Source: a virus (taxonomy: Duplodnaviria > Caudoviricetes). Taken from it: DNA of 44,202 nt. The translations under genes and the position numbers were made by a program. This document shows positions 8,101 to 15,519 of the stretch, piece after piece (position 1 is the first letter of the stretch; each line of letters begins with the position of its first letter). The notes beneath the pieces were generated by a model. It worked only from the letters and a program-made list of their open reading frames with translations. It was not told where the DNA came from and did no database searches. Location of the stretch: the IMG/VR virus record IMGVR_UViG_3300026196_000014, positions 1 through 44,202 of that record; one strand, given 5' to 3'.

Positions 8101-9572
8101 TCCGAGTCTACGACACGGTGAGCCCAGACACCGATCCCGTGTGGCCGAGTGACTGGGTGGGCGTGTACCACTTCGAGGACAATCCACAGGGCGGTGTGCT
8201 CACCGACAGCGGGCAGGGAGGCAACGATTTCTCGCTTCGGGAGGGCGCGAGCGCCGGACGCGTTGGGTGGGATGCTGATCGGCGTGTGGCCGGGAAACTC
8301 GGCTACGCCTACAGCATGGCCGAGGACGACAGCGTGGCGATTCGACTCGACCACACGGTCCTGTCGGACGATGGCCAGTTCGGGTTCGCCGGGTGGATCT
8401 ACCTCACGGACAACTCGACCGACTTCATGTTCCAAGCCGACCCCGGCTATTGGTACTTCGCCGCAGATCCGGGTGGAGATCCGAACCACTGGCCCACCTA
8501 CCGTGACGATGGCCGCACTGATCCCAAGGACATCACGATGCGCTTTGGTCCTGCGGCTGGGCCAACCCACGGCACCTGGCACATGCTCGGGTTCGCAAAC
8601 GATGCTGCGGGCGATACCGTCCACGTCTATCTCGACGGCGCAGAGCTGAGTGTCGGCGACATCAGCAACGAGCCCCAGACGACCATCACCGAGATCGACT
8701 CACTGGGCACGCCCACTGGGCATATCGGCATCTACGGGTCGTACTACTGGAACACGATCAGCGACGCTTGGGATGGCTACGCGGACGAGATGTTCATTCG
8801 CAACGTGCTGCCCACCGCTGACGAGTACAACGCGCTGTACGTGGCCACGAATGATCCCGAGGGGTGGATCGTGGGTGCGGCTGCACCTGCACCGCAGGTC
8901 ACCGAGGTCATCCCGATCTCGACGACCGAGGTTCAGATCTTCTTCGACAGCGAGATCGACCAGACGACCGGAAGCGACACCGCGAACTACGCCATCACGG
9001 GAGCTGGCAGTCCCTCTATCACCGACGCCAAGGTCGAGTCGCACACGTCGGTCGTGCTCCAGCTCGATACGCTCACGGGCGATCAGGGCTACGCTCTCAC
9101 GATCAACAACGTGGAGAACACCAGCGGAACGCCTGTCGCAACCGACACCGATGCGAGCTTCGTGATTCGCACGGAGAACGCGGGTGCCAATGCAGTCAAC
9201 GATGCAAGCATCGCGGTGTGGATCAACTGCACGACGGTAGTACCGTGGACCGGCAGCTCGATCAAGCCCAACCTCTCGTTCTCGAAAAGTCATACGGATC
9301 GTGCCCACGTCTACCTATGGGACGCAGCCACCGACGACTACCTGAGCAACGAGGTCACGGGTCTGAGTGTGCTGAGTCAGGCCGACCCCGACACCCTGAC
9401 GATGCGACTCTACGATGGCTCGTGTGGGTTCCCCAACAACCAGTGGTACGTCATCCGCTTTGATCCCTACTTCCTCGTCAATGCGGACGGCGACACCACG
9501 GTCACGACCCAAGGCCCCTACGCCTTCGAGAAGGGAACGACTGGGAGCAGTGGCCCAACGCTGGGCTTCTAA
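5187..9572 (+). CDS. Secreted multidomain protein, 1461 aa: four Big_5-like Ig repeats, putative GH barrel, LamG/ConA-like domain, further Ig domains
   Basis: Signal peptide MKRLSLLLLLPMIAVLSG; repeats DSNT-x3-TF[TN]E[PD]; GAWLD / IIVGNG / MTWEFY / YSRDYDNGTV; LamG motifs VGVYHFED, GKLGYA, WHML, VYLDG, WDGYADEM. Confidence 0.75.
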   Translation: MTMKRLSLLLLLPMIAVLSGFFASPGLLRPTGRTLGEDGRFSAAPTAYTDPISLATFAVTSQSDSNTIVVTFTEPMPGATREDVSKWDGGSLSVSNVTAFSSTVTIIDFASNIGEDMGYSISTSDTMLSQAGEIVPAGISASYTGADVYKPRIAALAQVDSNTVRMTFNEDMNVGLYAITVFYSFDHGIGYPSSIDPVDAHTIDLNISSTWGDSLLYTCTVSNVQDANGNAILGGTQATFTSDPIIYEGTISSATFDIAQIDSNTVIATFTEPVYIPSAADTGKWSIPGLTLADASEFNSTTIILDSSNNITQGGNYTASLADSILTQADEVIEAGLSDDFTGADVYPPSPLSLTQVDSNTVRLVFNEPMNTSLYNINYFYSFAPGDGLTLDTIDAVNSTTVDININETFGSEILYTLRISYLSDVAGNAMGTNIPATFTSDEVVTGGSPGPLPSGELATSSPIIAAFTYDGTALGVANRDSLAGFLSWSVAMEASANDSLVDANDVYQGTLIYTSMTDDGGVPSFYADNLGNYATVDSVGDFYMHWSEDTWHCTAKDSSPPYACTDSVESLAGERVWNYVKARFVPATYSQDQVDARVDYIFTQMNSTHGTHGYYGAWLDNSSFTGWNITGILSGGGVEEAPGNATFGSTAFNDWYFFGTGATTGGLLEEYQNLYAARDSRAPGKIIVGNGGKYYPGPAYGFWKAYITNGPIADYMTWEFYPKPTIPATTTGYIPLIYNLCRGLTDVGTIPHFTPQPSGSEAIASVDELYKSWCAMLCYQSTPDSMAFMPDKWTNAPPLVGWATWMGQEDQPFQHVDLGNPVESAPQLEDDDTDPQGQACRIYSRDYDNGTVVYRNKNGSDVSAATEVTLALGGTYYLVGTDGTYDTGSPITSIDLANYSAAILMSAGPQGTYTTLQAPTLTGTTTDMPIYIPDSLGDGPFRVVKDTDPTTDLPVDGHWALADSLYTGIKFRVYDTVSPDTDPVWPSDWVGVYHFEDNPQGGVLTDSGQGGNDFSLREGASAGRVGWDADRRVAGKLGYAYSMAEDDSVAIRLDHTVLSDDGQFGFAGWIYLTDNSTDFMFQADPGYWYFAADPGGDPNHWPTYRDDGRTDPKDITMRFGPAAGPTHGTWHMLGFANDAAGDTVHVYLDGAELSVGDISNEPQTTITEIDSLGTPTGHIGIYGSYYWNTISDAWDGYADEMFIRNVLPTADEYNALYVATNDPEGWIVGAAAPAPQVTEVIPISTTEVQIFFDSEIDQTTGSDTANYAITGAGSPSITDAKVESHTSVVLQLDTLTGDQGYALTINNVENTSGTPVATDTDASFVIRTENAGANAVNDASIAVWINCTTVVPWTGSSIKPNLSFSKSHTDRAHVYLWDAATDDYLSNEVTGLSVLSQADPDTLTMRLYDGSCGFPNNQWYVIRFDPYFLVNADGDTTVTTQGPYAFEKGTTGSSGPTLGF

Positions 9573-9585
9573 CTATTCTTCCTAT

Positions 9586-9620
9586 GGTCCCACGGGCTCT
9601 GGTCCGTGGGGCCCTCTCTA
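9586..9620 (+). terminator. Hairpin after the late operon, probable terminator
   Basis: GGTCCCACGGGC-TCTG-GTCCGTGGGGCC, a 12-bp stem with two G-U pairs, 13 nt after the stop; pyrimidine tail is weak (CTCTCT). Confidence 0.55.
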
Positions 9621-9634
9621 CCGGAAGGGACATC

Positions 9635-10210
9635 GTGCCAAGTACACCAGCGTTTCACGCCAAAGTATGGGACCTCGAGACAACCGACCTCACGACATTC
9701 ATGGGCCGCCTCATCGTGGCCAGCTTCCTTGACCTCGCCCTCGACACACACGTCACGCGCACCATCCACGACTTCGGCAAGACCAACACCGAGAAGCAGG
9801 CCGACGCTGCAGAGCGCAAGCTGCTCAGGTGGACAGTCGGGCAGGTTGAAGAGGCCAGTGTGCTCATAGGGCACAACACCAAGAGCTTCGATACCCACTA
9901 CCTACGTGGTCGGCTTGCCGGCCTGGGGATGAAGCAGCGTCTGCCGAAGCGTCATCACATCGACACCTACCTCGTTGCCCGCTACGGATTCAAGGGCAGA
10001 CCGCAGGGCCTCAGCTTGGAGAACCTTGCTGACTTCTTCCACTGCGGGGAGCAGAAGGACAAGCCCTCGAAGTGGGAGTGGGCCGCGTCCCGTGCGCTCG
10101 ATCCGCTGGCCATCAGGCGTCTGGCAAAGCGATGCGAATCAGACTGCCGTGTGAACGCGATGGTCTGGGAACACCTCGAGCCCTACTGGCACGAATGGCG
10201 GGGGTCATGA
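9635..10210 (+). CDS. DnaQ-like / RNase_H_2 (YprB-like) 3'-5' exonuclease
   Basis: ExoI VWDLETT, ExoII GHNTKSFD, HIDTY, SLENLADFF, ExoIII RCESD; GTG 9635 has a GGAAGGGA RBS (ATG 9584 lies at the edge of the terminator hairpin). Confidence 0.8.
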   Translation: MPSTPAFHAKVWDLETTDLTTFMGRLIVASFLDLALDTHVTRTIHDFGKTNTEKQADAAERKLLRWTVGQVEEASVLIGHNTKSFDTHYLRGRLAGLGMKQRLPKRHHIDTYLVARYGFKGRPQGLSLENLADFFHCGEQKDKPSKWEWAASRALDPLAIRRLAKRCESDCRVNAMVWEHLEPYWHEWRGS

Positions 10211-10524
10211 TTCCGGCGGGCGCCCCCGTCGTTGTCGAGTGGAACGACATCACCGACTACTCAGACATCGACTGGAATGAAGACTGGGGAGAGTTCCCTA
10301 CCAGTGGAGTGCAAACCATCGGGTGGCTTGGCGAGACGTGGAAGCCTGGGCACATGACTGTGCATCTGGCGAGGGACCGGGATGATGAGGGCAAGCCCCG
10401 TGGAGTCCGAGCCTTTCCAGCCGGGTGCTTCTCCACCATCACCCACATCAACCCGGTCACCATCGCACAGTGGGAACTCAGTCGCCTCGTCTTCCGGCGC
10501 GTTGGCGACGCCGTTCGCGATTGA
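10207..10524 (+). CDS. Phage hypothetical protein, 105 aa
   Basis: ATGA overlap; VVVEW.D...TIGWL...FPAGC pattern seen in small phage proteins. Confidence 0.7.
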   Translation: MIPAGAPVVVEWNDITDYSDIDWNEDWGEFPTSGVQTIGWLGETWKPGHMTVHLARDRDDEGKPRGVRAFPAGCFSTITHINPVTIAQWELSRLVFRRVGDAVRD

Positions 10525-10666
10525 CCTTCTTGGAGCAGAGAGCGCACTGCCGCTTTCCGACTCTGGCCTGGCGCTTCCCACACCTCGTACACATCCCCTC
10601 GCCCACCCGCCGGTGGTAGACCCGGGCCATGTAGTCTCGCTTGTAGTCGTTCCTGTTCTTAGCCAT
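10478..10666 (-). CDS. Small basic Zn-finger protein, 62 aa
   Basis: CTRC...CALC, Arg-rich; overlaps the end of the polymerase gene. Confidence 0.7.
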   Translation of the reverse strand: MAKNRNDYKRDYMARVYHRRVGEGMCTRCGKRQARVGKRQCALCSKKVNRERRRQRAGRRGD

Positions 10667-13187
10667 GGGTCTTCTCCCACTCCTCGAGGGAAGTCATCTC
10701 ACCCCAGTTCCAGCCGACCTCAACGTCCACTGGCACCTTGAAGCCCGGTGCGACCTGTGGCCACTCCCGCTCCATCTCTTCCTTGAGCACGCCAGCTGCA
10801 GCCCTGACGTACTCGGGCGCCGCCTCCACCAAGAACGCATCGTGTACCTGGGTCAGGATGCGAGCTCCACCCGCCTTCTCGCGCAGGCCTGCCTCGACGT
10901 CAGGGAAGAGCGTGTAGAACATGTCGGCCACCGTAGACTGGGGCGGGAAGTTGACCGCCGAGTTGCGGCAGTGGACGTCTGGTATCACCGCCCAGAAGTA
11001 TCGGATCCTGCCGAACACGTTCTGCAGGTACTTCTTGCCACGTGCCTCCCGCAGCACCTCCCGCTTCCACTGAGCCACCAGTGGATGCAACGTCTCGTAG
11101 CCCTCTCGGATCGTTCGAGCCTCGACCCGCTTGATGCCCAGGGATTTGGCAATCTTGTCGTCGCCCGCGTTGTAGGTGTAGCCGTAGATGAACGTCTTGA
11201 TGTTGGGCCGGTCGACGATCAGACCCGGGTCGATCGGGACACCATCCCGCAGCCGGTGCCCCCACTTCTTCGGGTCGGAGAGCCAGAGGTCAGTGAGCAC
11301 CCCGTGTGCCATGGCCAGGTTCTCCATGTGTGGGTCGTACCCGGGCGTGTTCAGCTTGGCCAGCATATCCGTGTCGCCGGCCAGCTGGAACATCACTCGG
11401 TTCTCGATGGCGCTGTAGTCCACGTAGAGCATGACCCACCCAGCAGTCGCAGGGACGATTGCGAATCGCACCTTCGCGGGTATATTCTGGACGTTGGGAC
11501 TCGAGCTGAGCCGCCCGGCCGCACTGCCCAGTTCTCCCCCGTCCTTGCTGGACGGGACGTAGCTAGGTCGCAACACACCGTCGATGTCCAGCTTGTCTAC
11601 GAAGCCCTGGCCCCAGGTGGAGAGGGCCTTGGTGATGTGCCCCCGCTCCAGCTTGAGCTCAAGCCACTCCCGGACCTCGGGTTCACAGAGGGGCAGCAGA
11701 CGCTGGAGCACCTTCTCCTCAGTCGACGGTTTGCCCGTGTCCGTAGTCTTCAGTATGGGCAGGCCCAACTCCTCGAAGAGCCAGTGGCCGACCTGGGTTG
11801 GACTACTTGGACTCACGTCAGGCTTGAGGGCTGAGAGGCGCTCTGAGAGCGTCTCGAGCTCTTTCGCTTTTTCTTCACTCCAGGCCTGGAGCCGGGGCAC
11901 GTCGATGCCCAGGCCGGCGATGCTCATCCGCCGGATGGAGAACATGGCCTGCGTCACCCGCTGAGCCAGGCGCAGCTGGCCCTTCCGCTCGAGGATCCGG
12001 TGAAGGGTGAAGAACAGGCGTGCCTCGGTGTGGACGTCATCCAGATTGTACTGGGCCCCGTACCCGGTGATGTGCCCCAGGTGCTTCCAGGGCACCCGAG
12101 GCGGCAGGTACCGCCACATGTTCCCCAGCCCCTTGGGCAGGTCAGGAGCCTCCAGCTGAGCCATGAACATGGTGTCCATGGTCTTGGCCTCGCTGAACTC
12201 CACCCCCTCCTCGATGAGATAGAGCCAGTCGTGGGTCGCATTGTGGGCCACGATGCTGGAGTAGGGGGTGTCATCACTGAGCACCCGTTGGAGCAACGCC
12301 TTGAGCGCCGGGCTCCAGTCCCAGCTGCCCATCTGCCGGATGGTGCCATCCAAGATGTCGACCTCGCAAAGACCAACCTGTGTGATGGACAGCTCGTTGT
12401 TCTCGATGTCCACGATTAGGGCCGTGTCGACTGGCTGCTCTGGCACCTTCCACTCGTGGGGAAACTCGACCGCCCGTGAAAAGCTGGGACCGTCGAAGAT
12501 GGGCAGACCGTCGATGACCTGCTTGGCCACACGACAGGCCTGCCGCAACCGCTGTACTTCCTTGAACCCCTTCCGCTGAATCGCAGAAGGGTGGAGCGCA
12601 CCTACCACAGCCCGGGCGTCAGTCGGGACTGGCAGCTTGATGTCGACTCGGTGCTCCCTCCGTTGGCCCTTCCGCTTCCCGCTCTTGTACACATCCTCGG
12701 GGTCGGTACTCGGTTGGGTAGCCCGGCCAACGAAGACGCCAGCCGTGTTGAACTCTCGGTCGGGACGGTAGCAGTACCCATCCCAGCTCGACCGACTCTT
12801 GAGCAGCAGCTCCGTGAAGTCACGACCGACGAGCCTATCGGTCGCGTGCCGCCCAACAGCCAGGACTGCAGGTGCCTTGCTCTGCTCAAGCACGCCCTCG
12901 AGCAGCGGACTACAACAGATCTTCGCCTTGAGCGGAGGATCGCTGTTGTCGGGCGGTCTGCAGTTTACTGTGTTGACGTAGGTGACGTCGTGATCGGGGT
13001 CGAGCCCAGCACCAGTGAGCGCAGAGCGCAGGGTAGTGCCAGACTTTCCGACGAACGGGGCACCCAGGCTGACTTCATTCCGCCCGGGTGCCTCACCGAC
13101 CACGACCAGCTTCGCATCAGCCGCCACTTTGGGCGGGCAATGCTCGTCCCTGTTCAGGGGACAGTTGGCGCAGTCTGGTTGTTTCAT
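10659..13187 (-). CDS. polA: DNA polymerase family A with N-terminal family-4 uracil-DNA glycosylase and 3'-5' exonuclease domains, 842 aa
   Basis: UDG: CANCPL, GEAPG..E, NCRPPDN, C, HPSA; Exo: DIE, HNATHD, YNLDD; Pol: GRLSSSPNVQNIP, DYSAIENRV, RPNIKTFIYG, VHD; start at MKQPDC with GGAG RBS. Confidence 0.95.
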   Translation of the reverse strand: MKQPDCANCPLNRDEHCPPKVAADAKLVVVGEAPGRNEVSLGAPFVGKSGTTLRSALTGAGLDPDHDVTYVNTVNCRPPDNSDPPLKAKICCSPLLEGVLEQSKAPAVLAVGRHATDRLVGRDFTELLLKSRSSWDGYCYRPDREFNTAGVFVGRATQPSTDPEDVYKSGKRKGQRREHRVDIKLPVPTDARAVVGALHPSAIQRKGFKEVQRLRQACRVAKQVIDGLPIFDGPSFSRAVEFPHEWKVPEQPVDTALIVDIENNELSITQVGLCEVDILDGTIRQMGSWDWSPALKALLQRVLSDDTPYSSIVAHNATHDWLYLIEEGVEFSEAKTMDTMFMAQLEAPDLPKGLGNMWRYLPPRVPWKHLGHITGYGAQYNLDDVHTEARLFFTLHRILERKGQLRLAQRVTQAMFSIRRMSIAGLGIDVPRLQAWSEEKAKELETLSERLSALKPDVSPSSPTQVGHWLFEELGLPILKTTDTGKPSTEEKVLQRLLPLCEPEVREWLELKLERGHITKALSTWGQGFVDKLDIDGVLRPSYVPSSKDGGELGSAAGRLSSSPNVQNIPAKVRFAIVPATAGWVMLYVDYSAIENRVMFQLAGDTDMLAKLNTPGYDPHMENLAMAHGVLTDLWLSDPKKWGHRLRDGVPIDPGLIVDRPNIKTFIYGYTYNAGDDKIAKSLGIKRVEARTIREGYETLHPLVAQWKREVLREARGKKYLQNVFGRIRYFWAVIPDVHCRNSAVNFPPQSTVADMFYTLFPDVEAGLREKAGGARILTQVHDAFLVEAAPEYVRAAAGVLKEEMEREWPQVAPGFKVPVDVEVGWNWGEMTSLEEWEKTHG

Positions 13188-13189
13188 GC

Positions 13190-13672
13190 CTACTCCACTC
13201 CCATCACACGCCTGCCGCCCTTGGTCTTGACGTTGACGAAGGCCCCGTTCTTCTTGCACCTGTAGCAGGTGAGCCCATGCTTCACCCAGCTGGCCCGGGC
13301 CTCGACGATCAGGGTGCGGCACACTTCGAGTACGTAATCGCTACATCTGTTCACAACGACTCCCTCGTATTTGACTCCATGCTGGTCGTCGTAGATGATC
13401 GTGTCTCCCCGTTTGACACGGACGGGTTCGGGCTCAATCGGCACCCACTCACGGCCCAGGTGTTGGATCAGTGTCGCCTCGCCGAGAAAGCCGAGGGTGA
13501 CTCTTGACTTGCGGATTCCCTCCTCGAGCTGGGCGGTGGTGATTGGTTTTGCGCCGTGCTCAGGGGCTAGCTTCATCTTCTTTTGCATCGTGAACTCCTT
13601 GATGGCTTCGTTCATGAGTTGATTCGTGAGGTCGCATATGAAATCGATTGCGACATCGCTGAACTTGGACAT
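13190..13672 (-). CDS. Hypothetical protein, 160 aa, member of the early paralogous family (VKRGD motif)
   Basis: AAGGAG RBS; VRVKRGDTIIY...GVVV...TKGGRRVMG matches genes at 22368-23691. Confidence 0.75.
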   Translation of the reverse strand: MSKFSDVAIDFICDLTNQLMNEAIKEFTMQKKMKLAPEHGAKPITTAQLEEGIRKSRVTLGFLGEATLIQHLGREWVPIEPEPVRVKRGDTIIYDDQHGVKYEGVVVNRCSDYVLEVCRTLIVEARASWVKHGLTCYRCKKNGAFVNVKTKGGRRVMGVE

Positions 13673-13689
13673 GGTGGTCTCCTTGGTGC

Positions 13690-13718
13690 GGGTGGGGGCC
13701 CGTTGTGAGCCCCCACCC
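13690..13718. promoter_or_regulatory. Intergenic GC hairpin (terminator or processing site)
   Basis: GGGTGGGGGC-N9-GCCCCCACCC perfect 10-bp stem; same GTGGGGGC/GCCCCCAC core as 23258..23282. Confidence 0.55.
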
Positions 13719-13724
13719 CGTGGG

Positions 13725-14336
13725 CTACTTGGCCTTCTTGACCTTGTAGAACTTGACCAGCTTGCGCACCGGCTCGTACTCGCCGGGCACCTTGCGCTTG
13801 GCATCGGAGTCCCACCGCTCCTCGTATCCCTGGAGGAACAGGCCCTGGAACTTGGAGCCCTTGAGCGCCTTCTCCAAGGTGATGGGAATCGAGGGCCGCC
13901 CGCTCTTCGGGTTCTTGGCCATCTCCTTGCCGCAAGCGGTAACGAGATCCATGAACCGGGACTTCGCACGAGTCAACTTCTCCTTGTGATCCGGGTCGGG
14001 GTCGAAACGGATCCACAGGGAGTCGGACTGCTTCGCGTTCGGGGACTTGGGATCGACCACGACGTAGTCGATGACGGCATCGTACCCAGCGTGCCTGCTG
14101 GACTTGACCCATCGGGACTCGACGATCCCAAGGAGCTCACGGAACCACCACTGTTGGCGCTCGTCCTTGTCCTCGTCGGGATCCTCACACAGCTTGCTGG
14201 GAACGAAGCCATCCCTGTCGGGAGGGCACACCCAGAAGTTGGCTTTTGATTCGTCGATCTCCTTCTGCTCGTCTTCGGTGATGTCGAAGAGTGCGGGATC
14301 CACGGTGAAGTCTTGGTCTTTCGTATTCTCGGTCAT
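13725..14336 (-). CDS. Probable ssDNA-binding protein, 203 aa
   Basis: Position downstream of nuclease and Sak4-like ATPase; beta-strand pattern compatible with an OB fold; function inferred from context. Confidence 0.45.
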   Translation of the reverse strand: MTENTKDQDFTVDPALFDITEDEQKEIDESKANFWVCPPDRDGFVPSKLCEDPDEDKDERQQWWFRELLGIVESRWVKSSRHAGYDAVIDYVVVDPKSPNAKQSDSLWIRFDPDPDHKEKLTRAKSRFMDLVTACGKEMAKNPKSGRPSIPITLEKALKGSKFQGLFLQGYEERWDSDAKRKVPGEYEPVRKLVKFYKVKKAK

Positions 14337-14593
14337 CGCTTGTTCGCTCCACGGATAGTGAGCACGACGCTCTGGCCACTGAGCTGCGAATTCAGCTCAG
14401 CCACTGCGTCGAGCACGTTGTTGGCGGCGCTGTGCGCCTCCTTCGGGAATCGGTTGACCCACGCCAGGTCGGGAGGTGGGGGCAGGATGCCCTTCGCTCG
14501 CAACTCGGCGATGGTCTGGGGATCCACACCCCGGGCTTCGAGCTCGTTGACACGACCCTCACCCAGGATATGCCGCTCGGACTTCTTGGTCAT
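14333..14593 (-). CDS. Hypothetical protein, 86 aa
   Basis: GGAGGAG RBS; ATGA overlaps at both ends. Confidence 0.7.
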   Translation of the reverse strand: MTKKSERHILGEGRVNELEARGVDPQTIAELRAKGILPPPPDLAWVNRFPKEAHSAANNVLDAVAELNSQLSGQSVVLTIRGANKR

Positions 14594-15519
14594 TTGGTGT
14601 TCTCCTCCAAGAGTTGTGGCCAGGTTGAACTCAGGTGGAAGGACGCGGGGTCATAGGCCACATAGACCACCGGCCCTTGCTCGAACACTTCGGGTGGGAG
14701 CGACGTGGCAAGTGTAGTCTTGCCAGTCCCCCCATTCCCATAGAGACACATCGAGTATCGCCGGCCCTGCGGGTCAGAGAAGTCGATGCCTCTCCACGTT
14801 GCCATCTTTCGATGGACCTCGACCATCTCGTCGTAGTCGAACGGGATGGGCAAGCTGGTCTCGACGTCCTTCGACATCGAGCGGAACTTGGTCTGGTGCT
14901 TTCCATCACTGCGCAGGTGGAGCGTGATCTCGGGCTCGTCGTACCCATCGTCGCTCATCCACAGGTACTCCTCGAAGTACTTGCTCGTCTGCAACAGGTA
15001 CTTCTGGCCCGGCATGTCCACACCGTAACCGTTGGTCACGATGGTCAGTTCCTTGCCCCGCTTGATGCTGTCGGTTTGCGCTGCACGGTGACCGATCATG
15101 ATCATGTGCATGTTCTGTCGAGCGGCAGCTCGTGCCCACAGCTTCATCAAGGCGAGGGTCTGGCCCTGTCCATCTTGGTAGTCCTGCCATCTCGTAGCCT
15201 TGTAGGACTCAGCCGACATCGGATCGTCCGGGTCACCATACGTCGGACCGTCCGCTCCACCCTTGCCTGTCATCGAGACCCACCGCTGGCACATGTTGAA
15301 GCACTCGCTCCCTGTGTCCCAGATGATGGTGCTTGCGCCAAACTTCTCTCGCCAAGGGGCGAGGGCAATGCGGGCGGCGTCCGTGTACGGATCGAACGGT
15401 AAGTCCTCCGGCTGCTCGAGTGGCTGCACCCGTAGGAAGTTCTTGTAGCGGTCGTCTACACTGAACTTCTTGTCGAGGTACTTGGGTCGATCGCTGAATT
15501 GGTCCAGCACATCATTCAT
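14590..15519 (-). CDS. Sak4/AAA_24-like P-loop ATPase (annealase), circularly permuted, 309 aa
   Basis: Walker B-like STIIWDT and MHMIMIGH in the N-terminal half; Walker A LYGNGGTGKTT near the C-terminus; GAAGGAGG RBS before MNDVLD. Confidence 0.8.
   Translation of the reverse strand: MNDVLDQFSDRPKYLDKKFSVDDRYKNFLRVQPLEQPEDLPFDPYTDAARIALAPWREKFGASTIIWDTGSECFNMCQRWVSMTGKGGADGPTYGDPDDPMSAESYKATRWQDYQDGQGQTLALMKLWARAAARQNMHMIMIGHRAAQTDSIKRGKELTIVTNGYGVDMPGQKYLLQTSKYFEEYLWMSDDGYDEPEITLHLRSDGKHQTKFRSMSKDVETSLPIPFDYDEMVEVHRKMATWRGIDFSDPQGRRYSMCLYGNGGTGKTTLATSLPPEVFEQGPVVYVAYDPASFHLSSTWPQLLEENTK

Noticed and set aside
3532-9572. Diversity-generating retroelement targeting the large exported proteins
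   Set aside because: No reverse transcriptase gene and no TR/VR-like nucleotide repeat seen
10665-13265. Long + strand ORFs (389, 224 aa) opposite polA
   Set aside because: Antisense shadows produced by GC-rich codon bias; no motifs
13188-13322. ORF-track N-terminal extensions (polA from 13322, ATPase from 15702, groES from 26397, portal from 29212 and others)
   Set aside because: They overlap upstream genes or control DNA; internal starts have good RBSs or stop-start coupling
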